DNA of 64,000 bases from an uncultured bacterium (GTDB taxonomy: Bacteria > Verrucomicrobiota > Verrucomicrobiia > Verrucomicrobiales > DEV007): the NCBI GenBank assembly GCA_963977015.1, contig CAXBMO010000014.1, positions 32,001 to 96,000 of the forward strand, read 5' to 3'. The notes beneath the pieces were generated by a model, which was given only the letters and a program-made list of their open reading frames with translations, searched no databases and was not told where the DNA came from. Below are positions 9,137 to 16,767 of this stretch, piece after piece. A program made the translations under genes and the position numbers. Positions within the stretch are counted from its first letter, which is position 1. Every line of letters starts with the position of its first letter.

Positions 9137-10179
9137 TGGTTTTCAGGTTTGGGATTGGAATTCGAAATGAAAAAGCCGCCCGGTTCAATCGCGGCCTGGA
9201 TCCCGTTGCGACTTTCTGAAACGGCATCCGGCGCCGTCAAAACGACCGTGGCCGTTTTCGCCTCAAAATTCACGCCCGCCCAGTTCACTCCGGGCACGGT
9301 TCGCAGATCCTTCGCCAGCGCGGACGCGCAGCCCGGACAAGTCATACCTTCGACGGCGAACTCGATCCCTTCCCCGGCGGGCGGGACCGAATCGGCGGCT
9401 TGCGGGGAAAATCCTGGAATGGCCGGAAACGCGGCAAAACCCGCCGCCGCGAAAGCGGAAATCCAAACAAAAGCCCGCCGCCAAGCTGCGGTCCGGCGCC
9501 GGTAAACCATCCAAAACGCCAGCCCCAGCAGCAATGCGGCCGCTCCCAGAAACCATGGACGCCACACTTCGAGAATGCTCCCCAGTGCCGCGCCGGACAT
9601 CCCGAATCCCACCAGCAAAAGCGGCGCCCAGCAGCACGCCGAAGACGCTACCGCCGCAAATACCGCCCCTGCTGAGGCCAAGGCTCCGTTGCGCGAGTTT
9701 TCCAGGTTAGGCCCGGTTTTGGCGCAGCAATCCCCGGTTGGCTCCTCGCCGCCATGAGCGTTCCTGCCTTGCGCGGCGCGAATCGCCCGGTTCACCGCGC
9801 CGAGGCAGCAAGCACCGCGCGGGCTTTTGGTTTCGCACCAGCAGCCGTCCTTCATCCGGGCGCGAATGTCGTCGAAAACGGTGGAGGTTCCGGTCCGGGT
9901 CACTTCGTCCTCGATTTCTTCGATGCTGTGATCGAAGCAGTAGCAAACTGGGCGCGGCGCTTCGGTTTCCTTGAACCCGGCTCGCACGGTGAGGTCGGGT
10001 TTTTCGAACGGGGGCAACGATTCAGCGAAGTAAATCACCTCACAGTCAGTCTCCGTGCAAAGCTGCCAATCCGCGGGCTTCAACCGCGCCTTCGCCTCCG
10101 GATTGAGCAACGATTCCAGGGTGACGAGGCCGACCTTGGCGCCGGCTTGGCCGCAACGTGGACAGGGGGTGGTGGGCAT
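9133..10179 (-). CDS. Fusion of Cys-rich CopZ N-terminal-like domain, MerT-like transporter and HMA domain
   Basis: CPRCG, CTETDC, VCYCF, CWCETKSPRGACC; ASSACCWAPLLL...WRPWF (MerT); EGMTCPGC (HMA). Confidence 0.8.
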   Translation of the reverse strand: MPTTPCPRCGQAGAKVGLVTLESLLNPEAKARLKPADWQLCTETDCEVIYFAESLPPFEKPDLTVRAGFKETEAPRPVCYCFDHSIEEIEDEVTRTGTSTVFDDIRARMKDGCWCETKSPRGACCLGAVNRAIRAAQGRNAHGGEEPTGDCCAKTGPNLENSRNGALASAGAVFAAVASSACCWAPLLLVGFGMSGAALGSILEVWRPWFLGAAALLLGLAFWMVYRRRTAAWRRAFVWISAFAAAGFAAFPAIPGFSPQAADSVPPAGEGIEFAVEGMTCPGCASALAKDLRTVPGVNWAGVNFEAKTATVVLTAPDAVSESRNGIQAAIEPGGFFISNSNPKPENQ

Positions 10180-10186
10180 GGTTCGG

Positions 10187-10624
10187 CTAGTCTTGAGGAT
10201 TCGGTTTCAATTCGGCCTGGTCCAGATGGGCCAGAATCGGGCACTCTTCGTCCGCGCTCTCCGCGCAGGACTCGGAAAGTTTTTTCAGCGCCCGCTGGAT
10301 GCTGCGCAGGGAGCGGATCTTGGCCTCGATCTCGCGCATTTTCCCGGCGGCAATCGCCCGCACTCGTTCGCAGGGATTGCTGGCCCGGGCGCGCAATTCC
10401 AGCAACTCGCGGATGTCGCTGAGTGTGAACCCCAGCTCTTTGGCGCGCAGGATGAATCGCACCCGGTCCGCGGCGGAGGCCGGATAACGCCGGTAACCAG
10501 ATTGCGCATCGCGCGGAGGCTCGGGCAGCAGTTTCTGGCGTTCGTAGAAACGCAGGGTTTCGACCCCGGCCCCGCTTTCACGGGCCAGTTGGCCGATGGT
10601 CAGGTGGTGGGTTTCCGGCTTCAC
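10187..10624 (-). CDS. MerR-family heavy-metal-responsive regulator
   Basis: LTIGQLA...VETLRFYERQKLL..GYRRY; three Cys in MerR-like positions (NPCE, ESC, ECPIL). GTG start chosen from the promoter position. Confidence 0.9.
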   Translation of the reverse strand: MKPETHHLTIGQLARESGAGVETLRFYERQKLLPEPPRDAQSGYRRYPASAADRVRFILRAKELGFTLSDIRELLELRARASNPCERVRAIAAGKMREIEAKIRSLRSIQRALKKLSESCAESADEECPILAHLDQAELKPNPQD

Positions 10625-10631
10625 GAAAAGC

Positions 10632-10663
10632 ATTCTACACCCTGTACCTAGGTACGGAGTCAA
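10632..10663 (-). promoter_or_regulatory. MerR-type promoter/operator
   Basis: TTGACT-ccGTACCTAGGTACagggtg-TAGAAT: 20-bp spacer with a perfect dyad at 10644-10655, closely resembling the Tn21/Tn501 mer operator. Confidence 0.88.
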
Positions 10664-10756
10664 GCGCCGATTACCCGTGGGGTGCCCTTCCGGCGGAAAT
10701 CGATAATCCAATTATGACTTGATTTGGAATGCCCTGCTGCGGGATAATAAAGGATC

Positions 10757-11071
10757 ATGAAATCAAAGCTCATTCGCCGCTTGGCCTTAGCGGGTGTGGC
10801 CTTGGCTTCGCTGGTTCTAACCGGTTGTTCCTACTATCCGTATGGCGGTGGCTATTCTGGCCTCGGCTACGGATATTACGGCTATGGCGGCCATCATCGT
10901 CATCATTACGCCCGCTACGGACATTATGGCCACCGCTACAGCATCCGTCTTGTAGCATCCCCTGAACGAACTTGGGGAAACCTGAGGACCGGCGTAGGTC
11001 TTTACTCCGCCCAATGCCACCCGGATTTGCGCGGCTATGCCGCGTTGGGCAGGGAACGCGATACAACCTGA
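10757..11071 (+). CDS. Gly/Tyr/His-rich small lipoprotein (3' end uncertain)
   Basis: VLTGC lipobox; YYPYGGGYSG...GHHRHHY. Confidence 0.55.
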   Translation: MKSKLIRRLALAGVALASLVLTGCSYYPYGGGYSGLGYGYYGYGGHHRHHYARYGHYGHRYSIRLVASPERTWGNLRTGVGLYSAQCHPDLRGYAALGRERDTT

Positions 11072-11304
11072 GCCAGCGTGGTCAGGCTGGTAAAGGTATT
11101 TTCGTCGATTGCTTCGTCCGGGATCATGGCACCGAATTCGTCTTCTATCTGGACGAGCAATTCGATGCTGGCCAGCGAGTCGAGCCCGGCCTGGCCGAGA
11201 TGCTGATCGGGGGCGAGATCGATTTCCGCGGCGAGAAGCCGCAGGTGCGGCCGGAGCAGCGATTCGAGGCGGTGGGTGATTTCGGTGGATTTTTGGGTTG
11301 GCAT
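11035..11304 (-). CDS. Acyl/aminoacyl carrier protein
   Basis: GLDSL phosphopantetheine motif; IEDEFG. Confidence 0.88.
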   Translation of the reverse strand: MPTQKSTEITHRLESLLRPHLRLLAAEIDLAPDQHLGQAGLDSLASIELLVQIEDEFGAMIPDEAIDENTFTSLTTLAQVVSRSLPNAA

Positions 11305-11328
11305 ATCGGATGGCGGTTTGGATGAGTC

Positions 11329-12555
11329 TTAGAAAAGCGTTACTTCCTGGTGACCGGTGGGAAGTTGGTGGATGGCGGTGACTTCGCTGTCCTGAAAGGC
11401 AATTTCGAGCGGGGTGGGCCGGCTCAGGAACCCGGTCAGGCTTCCGGTCGCACCGTAGGCGCCAACGTTGGGAATGGCGAGCAGATCCCCGGGCTCGATA
11501 GCCGGCAGAGTCAGATTGCGCGCCAGGCAGTCCAGCGGAGTGCACAACTGGCCAACGACGTCAGCCGTCAGTTCGCCGGAGCGCGGAGTCACCGTTATCA
11601 GATCGATCGCGAATCGCGGGATGCGGCCCAGTCCGGCCATGCCGCCGAGGTGGTGAATCCCGGTGTCGAGCACGACGTAGGTGCGGCCTTTGGAAACTTT
11701 GAGTTCGACGACCCGGGTCAGCAGCGTGCCGGAAGAGGCGGCCAGGTAACGGCCCGATTCGAACCACCACCGGGCATCGCGCGCGCTGCCGGCTTCAGCG
11801 TAAATCGCGGCCAGGAGCGGCCGCAAGGCGCTGAGGTCGCGCTCGCCGGCTTTGGCGTAGGGCCAGGGAAAACCGCCGCCCAGGTTGAGGAACCGCAGTT
11901 CGAATCCCAGCTTGCGGGCTACGTTTTCCGCTGTGTCCACCGCAGAGCGGAAGCAGGCGGCGAGTGCCTCGGCATCCTCGATTTGCGTGCCCCAGTAAAC
12001 GTGGATTCCGACCACTTCGACGGCGTCGGCCACCGCCTCAATCCGGTGGCGCTCGATTTCAGTCAGGTTCTCTTCTTCGAACCCGAATTGACTGGCGACA
12101 CCAGCCATGGCTAGCTTGGCTCGCGGCGCTTGCAACGGATTGACCCGAAGCAGCGCGCGGACACGGGTGGCTGCCTGGCGGGCCGCCGTGGCGATTGCGG
12201 CCAGGTCGTGCCAGGATTCCACGGAGAACTGGCGCACGCCGGCATCGATCGCCCCCCCGATTTCGTTGGCGGTTTTCCCGGGACCGCCATAGAGCGCCCG
12301 GCCGAGGTCGAAGCCTGCACGTGCGCTGGCACGAAGTTCGCCGGGCGAGGTCAGGTCCGCTTCGCAGCCCGCTCTACGCAGCTCGCCGGCAAGGGAGGGG
12401 AGGGGATTTGCCTTGAAGGAGTAAAGCAGGCGCGGTTCGGCCTGGGCCGGGAAAAGGGCCTGCAATTCGGCGGCGCGGCGGGTCGCAAGACCAAGGTCGT
12501 AGCAATAGGCCGGCGTGCCGTGGCGCTCCGCCAGTTCTTGAAAAAACGCGTTCAT
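11329..12555 (-). CDS. Type III PLP-dependent decarboxylase (DAP/Orn decarboxylase fold)
   Basis: GTPAY, YSFKANP, GPGKT, LNLGGGF, ESGRY, GQLCTPLD, NVGAYG. Confidence 0.9.
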   Translation of the reverse strand: MNAFFQELAERHGTPAYCYDLGLATRRAAELQALFPAQAEPRLLYSFKANPLPSLAGELRRAGCEADLTSPGELRASARAGFDLGRALYGGPGKTANEIGGAIDAGVRQFSVESWHDLAAIATAARQAATRVRALLRVNPLQAPRAKLAMAGVASQFGFEEENLTEIERHRIEAVADAVEVVGIHVYWGTQIEDAEALAACFRSAVDTAENVARKLGFELRFLNLGGGFPWPYAKAGERDLSALRPLLAAIYAEAGSARDARWWFESGRYLAASSGTLLTRVVELKVSKGRTYVVLDTGIHHLGGMAGLGRIPRFAIDLITVTPRSGELTADVVGQLCTPLDCLARNLTLPAIEPGDLLAIPNVGAYGATGSLTGFLSRPTPLEIAFQDSEVTAIHQLPTGHQEVTLF

Positions 12556-12556
12556 A

Positions 12557-14122
12557 TTAAGAGGCGGTGGTTTCGGATTCGAGCTGGCGTTGCAGCGATT
12601 TGCGGTCCGTTTTTCCGTTGATGGATTTCGGTAGACTGGGGCGCGGATGGACGAAATCCGGAATTTTGGCCGGTTCCAGCACCTTACTGAGCGCGCTCAA
12701 GATCGCGTTTTGGCTCAAATCGGCATCGTCGGTGCTGATGAAGAGATGCAGGGTGTCGTCCGCTACCCGTTTCAGCGCTGCGGCTTCGCTGACTCCACCA
12801 ATGCCGCAGGCTTCATTTTCGATCTCCACCGGACTGATCCGGTTTCCGCGGTGTTTGAGCAGATCGTCGGCACGGGCAGCGAAGTAGAGAAATCCCTCGT
12901 CGTCAACCCGGCCGCGGTCGCCGGTGAACAGATCAACCTGGCGGCCGCCGTTCACGCCCGTTACGCGGTAGCGACGCGCGGTTTCCTCCGGCGCCCGCCA
13001 GTATCCCTTGGCAACGTGCGGGCCGCGCACCACCAGTTCGCCTGCGATGCCCGGGGGGAGACGCCTGCCCAATTCGTCCGCGGCGTAAACTTCAGTTCCG
13101 TCGAGCGGGCGGCCCACCGAATCCGGCCTGCACTCGCATTCTTCCGGCAGAAGGATTGAGACTCGTTTGCACTCCGTCAGGCCGTACATGACGTAGACCT
13201 CCAAGCCGGAGAACATCGCCTTCAACCCGTCAATGTAGGCCCGCGGCAGCCGCTCGCCGGTGTTGGTAACGGCGCGCAGGGCCGGCAACGCGATCGGGCG
13301 GCGTTTGCCCAGCATGAGCAGTGCGGCGTAAACCGCGGGAACGCCGGGGAGGACGCTGACGCCGGCTTCCGCGAGGATGCGGGGCAGTCTGGGGCCGACT
13401 TGGTCCGGATCGCCAATGAAGAGCCGCGCCCCGGCCTGTGCCGCGAGAAATATCTGGTAGAGCCCGTAGTCGAAGGCCAACGGCAAGAAGCAGCCGACGA
13501 CGTCCTCCGGCCGGTAGTTCAGCCGGGCCTGGATGGCGGCCACCACAAACCGGATATTGGCGTGGGAAAGCTCGACCCCGCGGGGATCTGCCGTCGATCC
13601 GGAAGTGAACACGAGACAAACCGTGGCATTGCCGCTCGCCGGTGGCCTCTCCGGCAGCGTGTCCGGATCCGCCACCGCTTGTTCCCAGCCAATCCAGCCT
13701 TCCCGGGCCGTTGCCGCATCGGCGCCTGTTTGGACCCGGATGTCGATCCCGTTTCCTGAGGCGGGCTCGGTGACTTCCGCGTCGCCAATTAGCACCCGCG
13801 GTTCGGCCTGGCGAAAGATCTTTTCGACGCCTTTGGGCCGCAATTTGTCGTTCAACACCACAAACACTCCGCCCACCGCGGCAGTGGCAAACACGGCGAT
13901 GGCGACTTCCACCCGGTTACGCATTTGGATCGCGACCCGGTCGCCCGGATTCAGCCCGTTGCGGCGCAGAAACGAGGCCAGCGACCGGACTTCAGCCTGC
14001 GTTTGCGCGTAGGTGAGCGTGCGGCGCCGGTCGTCAAGAAAAACGGCGTCGGGTCGCTCCGCTGCGGCATCTTCGAGGAGGTTGGGCAGAGAGGAGAGAT
14101 TGAATTGAGAACAGGAAACCAA
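12557..14122 (-). CDS. Class I adenylate-forming enzyme (AMP-binding)
   Basis: FTSGST, LPLAFDYGL, YGLTECKR, FTGD, GKTDR. Start uncertain (TTG). Confidence 0.9.
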   Translation of the reverse strand: MVSCSQFNLSSLPNLLEDAAAERPDAVFLDDRRRTLTYAQTQAEVRSLASFLRRNGLNPGDRVAIQMRNRVEVAIAVFATAAVGGVFVVLNDKLRPKGVEKIFRQAEPRVLIGDAEVTEPASGNGIDIRVQTGADAATAREGWIGWEQAVADPDTLPERPPASGNATVCLVFTSGSTADPRGVELSHANIRFVVAAIQARLNYRPEDVVGCFLPLAFDYGLYQIFLAAQAGARLFIGDPDQVGPRLPRILAEAGVSVLPGVPAVYAALLMLGKRRPIALPALRAVTNTGERLPRAYIDGLKAMFSGLEVYVMYGLTECKRVSILLPEECECRPDSVGRPLDGTEVYAADELGRRLPPGIAGELVVRGPHVAKGYWRAPEETARRYRVTGVNGGRQVDLFTGDRGRVDDEGFLYFAARADDLLKHRGNRISPVEIENEACGIGGVSEAAALKRVADDTLHLFISTDDADLSQNAILSALSKVLEPAKIPDFVHPRPSLPKSINGKTDRKSLQRQLESETTAS

Positions 14123-14214
14123 GGTAGCAGATTGAATGAATTCTAAAAGTTATAGAAATTATACCTCACCTAAGATAACTTCAACGAATTTCCCTCTCTG
14201 TTGTTGCCTGGATC

Positions 14215-15582
14215 ATGAAGCAAAAACTTGCGGCTCTCGACCAACTCGAACTGTTCGGCGGGCGGGATCCGCTGATGCGCCGCATTCTGGCGGTCATGTT
14301 TACGGTAGGCAGCCTCACGATTCTGGTGAAGGTACTCGCATTTTCGAAGGAATTGCTCGTGGCCGGCCGGTTTGGCTCCTCGGACGTGATGGACGCCTTC
14401 GTCAGCGCATTTACGATCTGGTCGTTTCTGACCGGCGTGATCGGGGGCGCCTTGCCGGACGCGCTGGTTCCGGTTTACAGCAAAGCGAAGCAGCGCGCCC
14501 CCCAAATTGCCGACCAATTCGCCGTCAACGCCATCTGGGTTTACGTCGTGAAGCTGGTTCTCATTACCGGGGTGTTTCTGGTTTTGGGCCAATGGCTCGC
14601 TCCATGGTTTACGCACGGCTACACGGAAGAGAAACGCGCCTTGACTGTGAAATTGTTTTATTGCCTGGCCCCGTTTTCGGTGTTTTGGGGCACCTCCCTG
14701 ATCATGACCATGTTGCTCCAGGCGAACAAGCGCTTCATCCTGGCGGCGGCGGCTCCGGCGGCAATTCCCTTTTGCGCCATAATTGGCTTGCTGGCGGGAT
14801 ACGAGCTGATCGGGATCTACGCGCTGATTTTGGGCACGACAGCCGGCGCTCTCATCCAGATGGGGCTGGTAACAACCGGATTTTTCAGGGCACACTGTTC
14901 CATCCCCTTCTTTCAGTTCCGCGACTTACGGGACGAACACATGGGCGAACTGGTTCGCGCGACCTGGCCCTATTTGCTGAGCGGCGTCATCATGGGCAGC
15001 ACTATCGTGGTGGACGTGGGCATGGCCGCGGGCCTGGATCGGGGCAGCGTTTCGGTACTTTCCTACGCGGAGCGGATTTGCACGATCGGCCTCGTTCTGG
15101 CCTCGGTCATGGTCACCGAGGCCCTCTATCCGTATCTATCGGACATGGTTGCGAAGGAGGAATGGAAACGGCTCAAATACATGGTGAGCCGCTTTTGCGT
15201 CCTGATTTTGGCCATCAGCTTCCCCTGCGTTGCAACCATCTGGTGGGGCGCCGAATGGATCGTGATGGTCCTGTTCGAGCGCAACGAATTCACTCATCAA
15301 GACACCTTACGGGTTGCGGGGGTGCTGCGCTGGCTCAGCCTACAGATTCCCTTCAACCTTCTGGCGGTGCTGGGATCGCGGGTCATCTGCGCCATGCTGG
15401 CGTCGCGATTCATGCTGCTGACGACGGTCGTGAATCTGGGTCTGAACATTGCCGGCAATTACTACTTCGCGCGGTTTATGGGCGTCGAAGGGATTGCCCT
15501 CTCGACCGCGGTGGTATACCTGATTTCCGCGGCGATGCTCTACACTTTCTTCGTGATTCAGATCCGCAAACGGATCGCGTAG
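14215..15582 (+). CDS. MurJ/MviN-like lipid-linked glycan flippase
   Basis: KELLVAGRFG..DAF, ALVPVY, GSVSVLSYAER, VLFERNEF, GIALST. Confidence 0.8.
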   Translation: MKQKLAALDQLELFGGRDPLMRRILAVMFTVGSLTILVKVLAFSKELLVAGRFGSSDVMDAFVSAFTIWSFLTGVIGGALPDALVPVYSKAKQRAPQIADQFAVNAIWVYVVKLVLITGVFLVLGQWLAPWFTHGYTEEKRALTVKLFYCLAPFSVFWGTSLIMTMLLQANKRFILAAAAPAAIPFCAIIGLLAGYELIGIYALILGTTAGALIQMGLVTTGFFRAHCSIPFFQFRDLRDEHMGELVRATWPYLLSGVIMGSTIVVDVGMAAGLDRGSVSVLSYAERICTIGLVLASVMVTEALYPYLSDMVAKEEWKRLKYMVSRFCVLILAISFPCVATIWWGAEWIVMVLFERNEFTHQDTLRVAGVLRWLSLQIPFNLLAVLGSRVICAMLASRFMLLTTVVNLGLNIAGNYYFARFMGVEGIALSTAVVYLISAAMLYTFFVIQIRKRIA

Positions 15583-15594
15583 CGCTCGCCCGAT

Positions 15595-16590
15595 TTAGAG
15601 GAGCATCGAGTCGCCCTCGGACGGCTGCGCGACCTTTTCAGTGTCCCGGAGCGAAGATGGGGAAAGGTGGTAAAGATGGGTCGACCAACTTCTGCGGATG
15701 AGCCAATCCGGACGAAATCCACCGTTCAGGCTCGTCCAAGCAACCACGCTGGTTTTGGGTGGTAGCCCGCATTGACCGGGTTCGCGGGAGGCGAAATTGG
15801 CCAGCCGAAGCAAACCGGCGCCGTCTGCGTCGAAACTCGCACTTTCCATGACCCGGGCGCTCAAAAGACCGAATTTCGACTTGGTGTTGGCAATGAAATA
15901 GGCACAAAGCCGGCCGGAATCGTCACACAACCCGGCAAAGCAGAGTGGCTGGGAACCGCTCCGAATAAACCAAGCCAAGCCTTCCCGGGTAACGTGTTTT
16001 TGAAGTTTGGAAGTTTCCGGCGTTGGAATTGAGCGCGCTTCCATGGGGTCGAGCACGACATGGAAGCCCTGCAGATTCTCCCGGCGGCCGAGTGTGGCCA
16101 GCCTGACCAGGGGGACGATCCGGTAACGCTGCGCGCCCGTCCCCGTTTTCTGGAACCCGAGCCGGTCCAGAATAGCCCGGACTTCCCCGGAGGGAGTGCC
16201 GTCAACGAGGTGAAACCGCTGCGACAATCGCTTCAACCGCATCATCATCCCCAGCGCGGCCGACCGCTGGCTTTCGCGAACGAAAAACGTGGTGGAAATC
16301 AGACCCGGTATAACCTCACCGCCCTTCACATAGTCCTGCGGGATAAATCCTTGAAACCCCACAATTTGGTTCGTCTCTTGAAGCCGCAAAACGAACCCCA
16401 GCGGGGTGTCTACCCGGCTGAACGGGTTCGATGTCCACCAATGGCTCAGCCGCTTGGACCAGACGGCCGGATTCGCGTCCAACTCGGAGCCATCGGGCAA
16501 CTCGCCGTCACCAACAAAGTCCGCCAGGAAATCGGCGACCTCTTCTAATTCCGCGGCGGGCAGGCGGAATTCCTGGATTTCGTAGCTCAT
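15595..16590 (-). CDS. Hypothetical protein, probable GNAT-like fold
   Basis: WWTSNPF...GFVL...IVGFQGFIP...TTFFVRESQR...LDRLGF resembles GNAT motifs. Confidence 0.5.
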   Translation of the reverse strand: MSYEIQEFRLPAAELEEVADFLADFVGDGELPDGSELDANPAVWSKRLSHWWTSNPFSRVDTPLGFVLRLQETNQIVGFQGFIPQDYVKGGEVIPGLISTTFFVRESQRSAALGMMMRLKRLSQRFHLVDGTPSGEVRAILDRLGFQKTGTGAQRYRIVPLVRLATLGRRENLQGFHVVLDPMEARSIPTPETSKLQKHVTREGLAWFIRSGSQPLCFAGLCDDSGRLCAYFIANTKSKFGLLSARVMESASFDADGAGLLRLANFASREPGQCGLPPKTSVVAWTSLNGGFRPDWLIRRSWSTHLYHLSPSSLRDTEKVAQPSEGDSMLL

Positions 16591-16708
16591 GGGATGCACA
16601 AGTTCATGCCTCCGCGGCCACGGAACGTGCGCCGCGAGGAGTTATCTGGGAGAAAGCATGGCTGAAAACCGAAAGCAACCGGGAGGAAAGTAGCTCATTG
16701 TAACCTGA

Positions 16709-16734
16709 AACGCCATTTCTCCAGGCAAACCCTC
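16709..16734 (-). promoter_or_regulatory. Putative ECF promoter GAGGG-N17-CGTT (GNAT-like gene)
   Basis: Motif with a 17-bp spacer. Confidence 0.5.
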
Positions 16735-16767
16735 AAAGTTTTCGGATTTTCTGGATCTTAAGTTTAA

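Noticed and set aside
14136-15701. 521-aa ORF overlapping the MurJ-like gene
   Set aside because: Alternative frame, Arg/Gly-rich, with no motifs.
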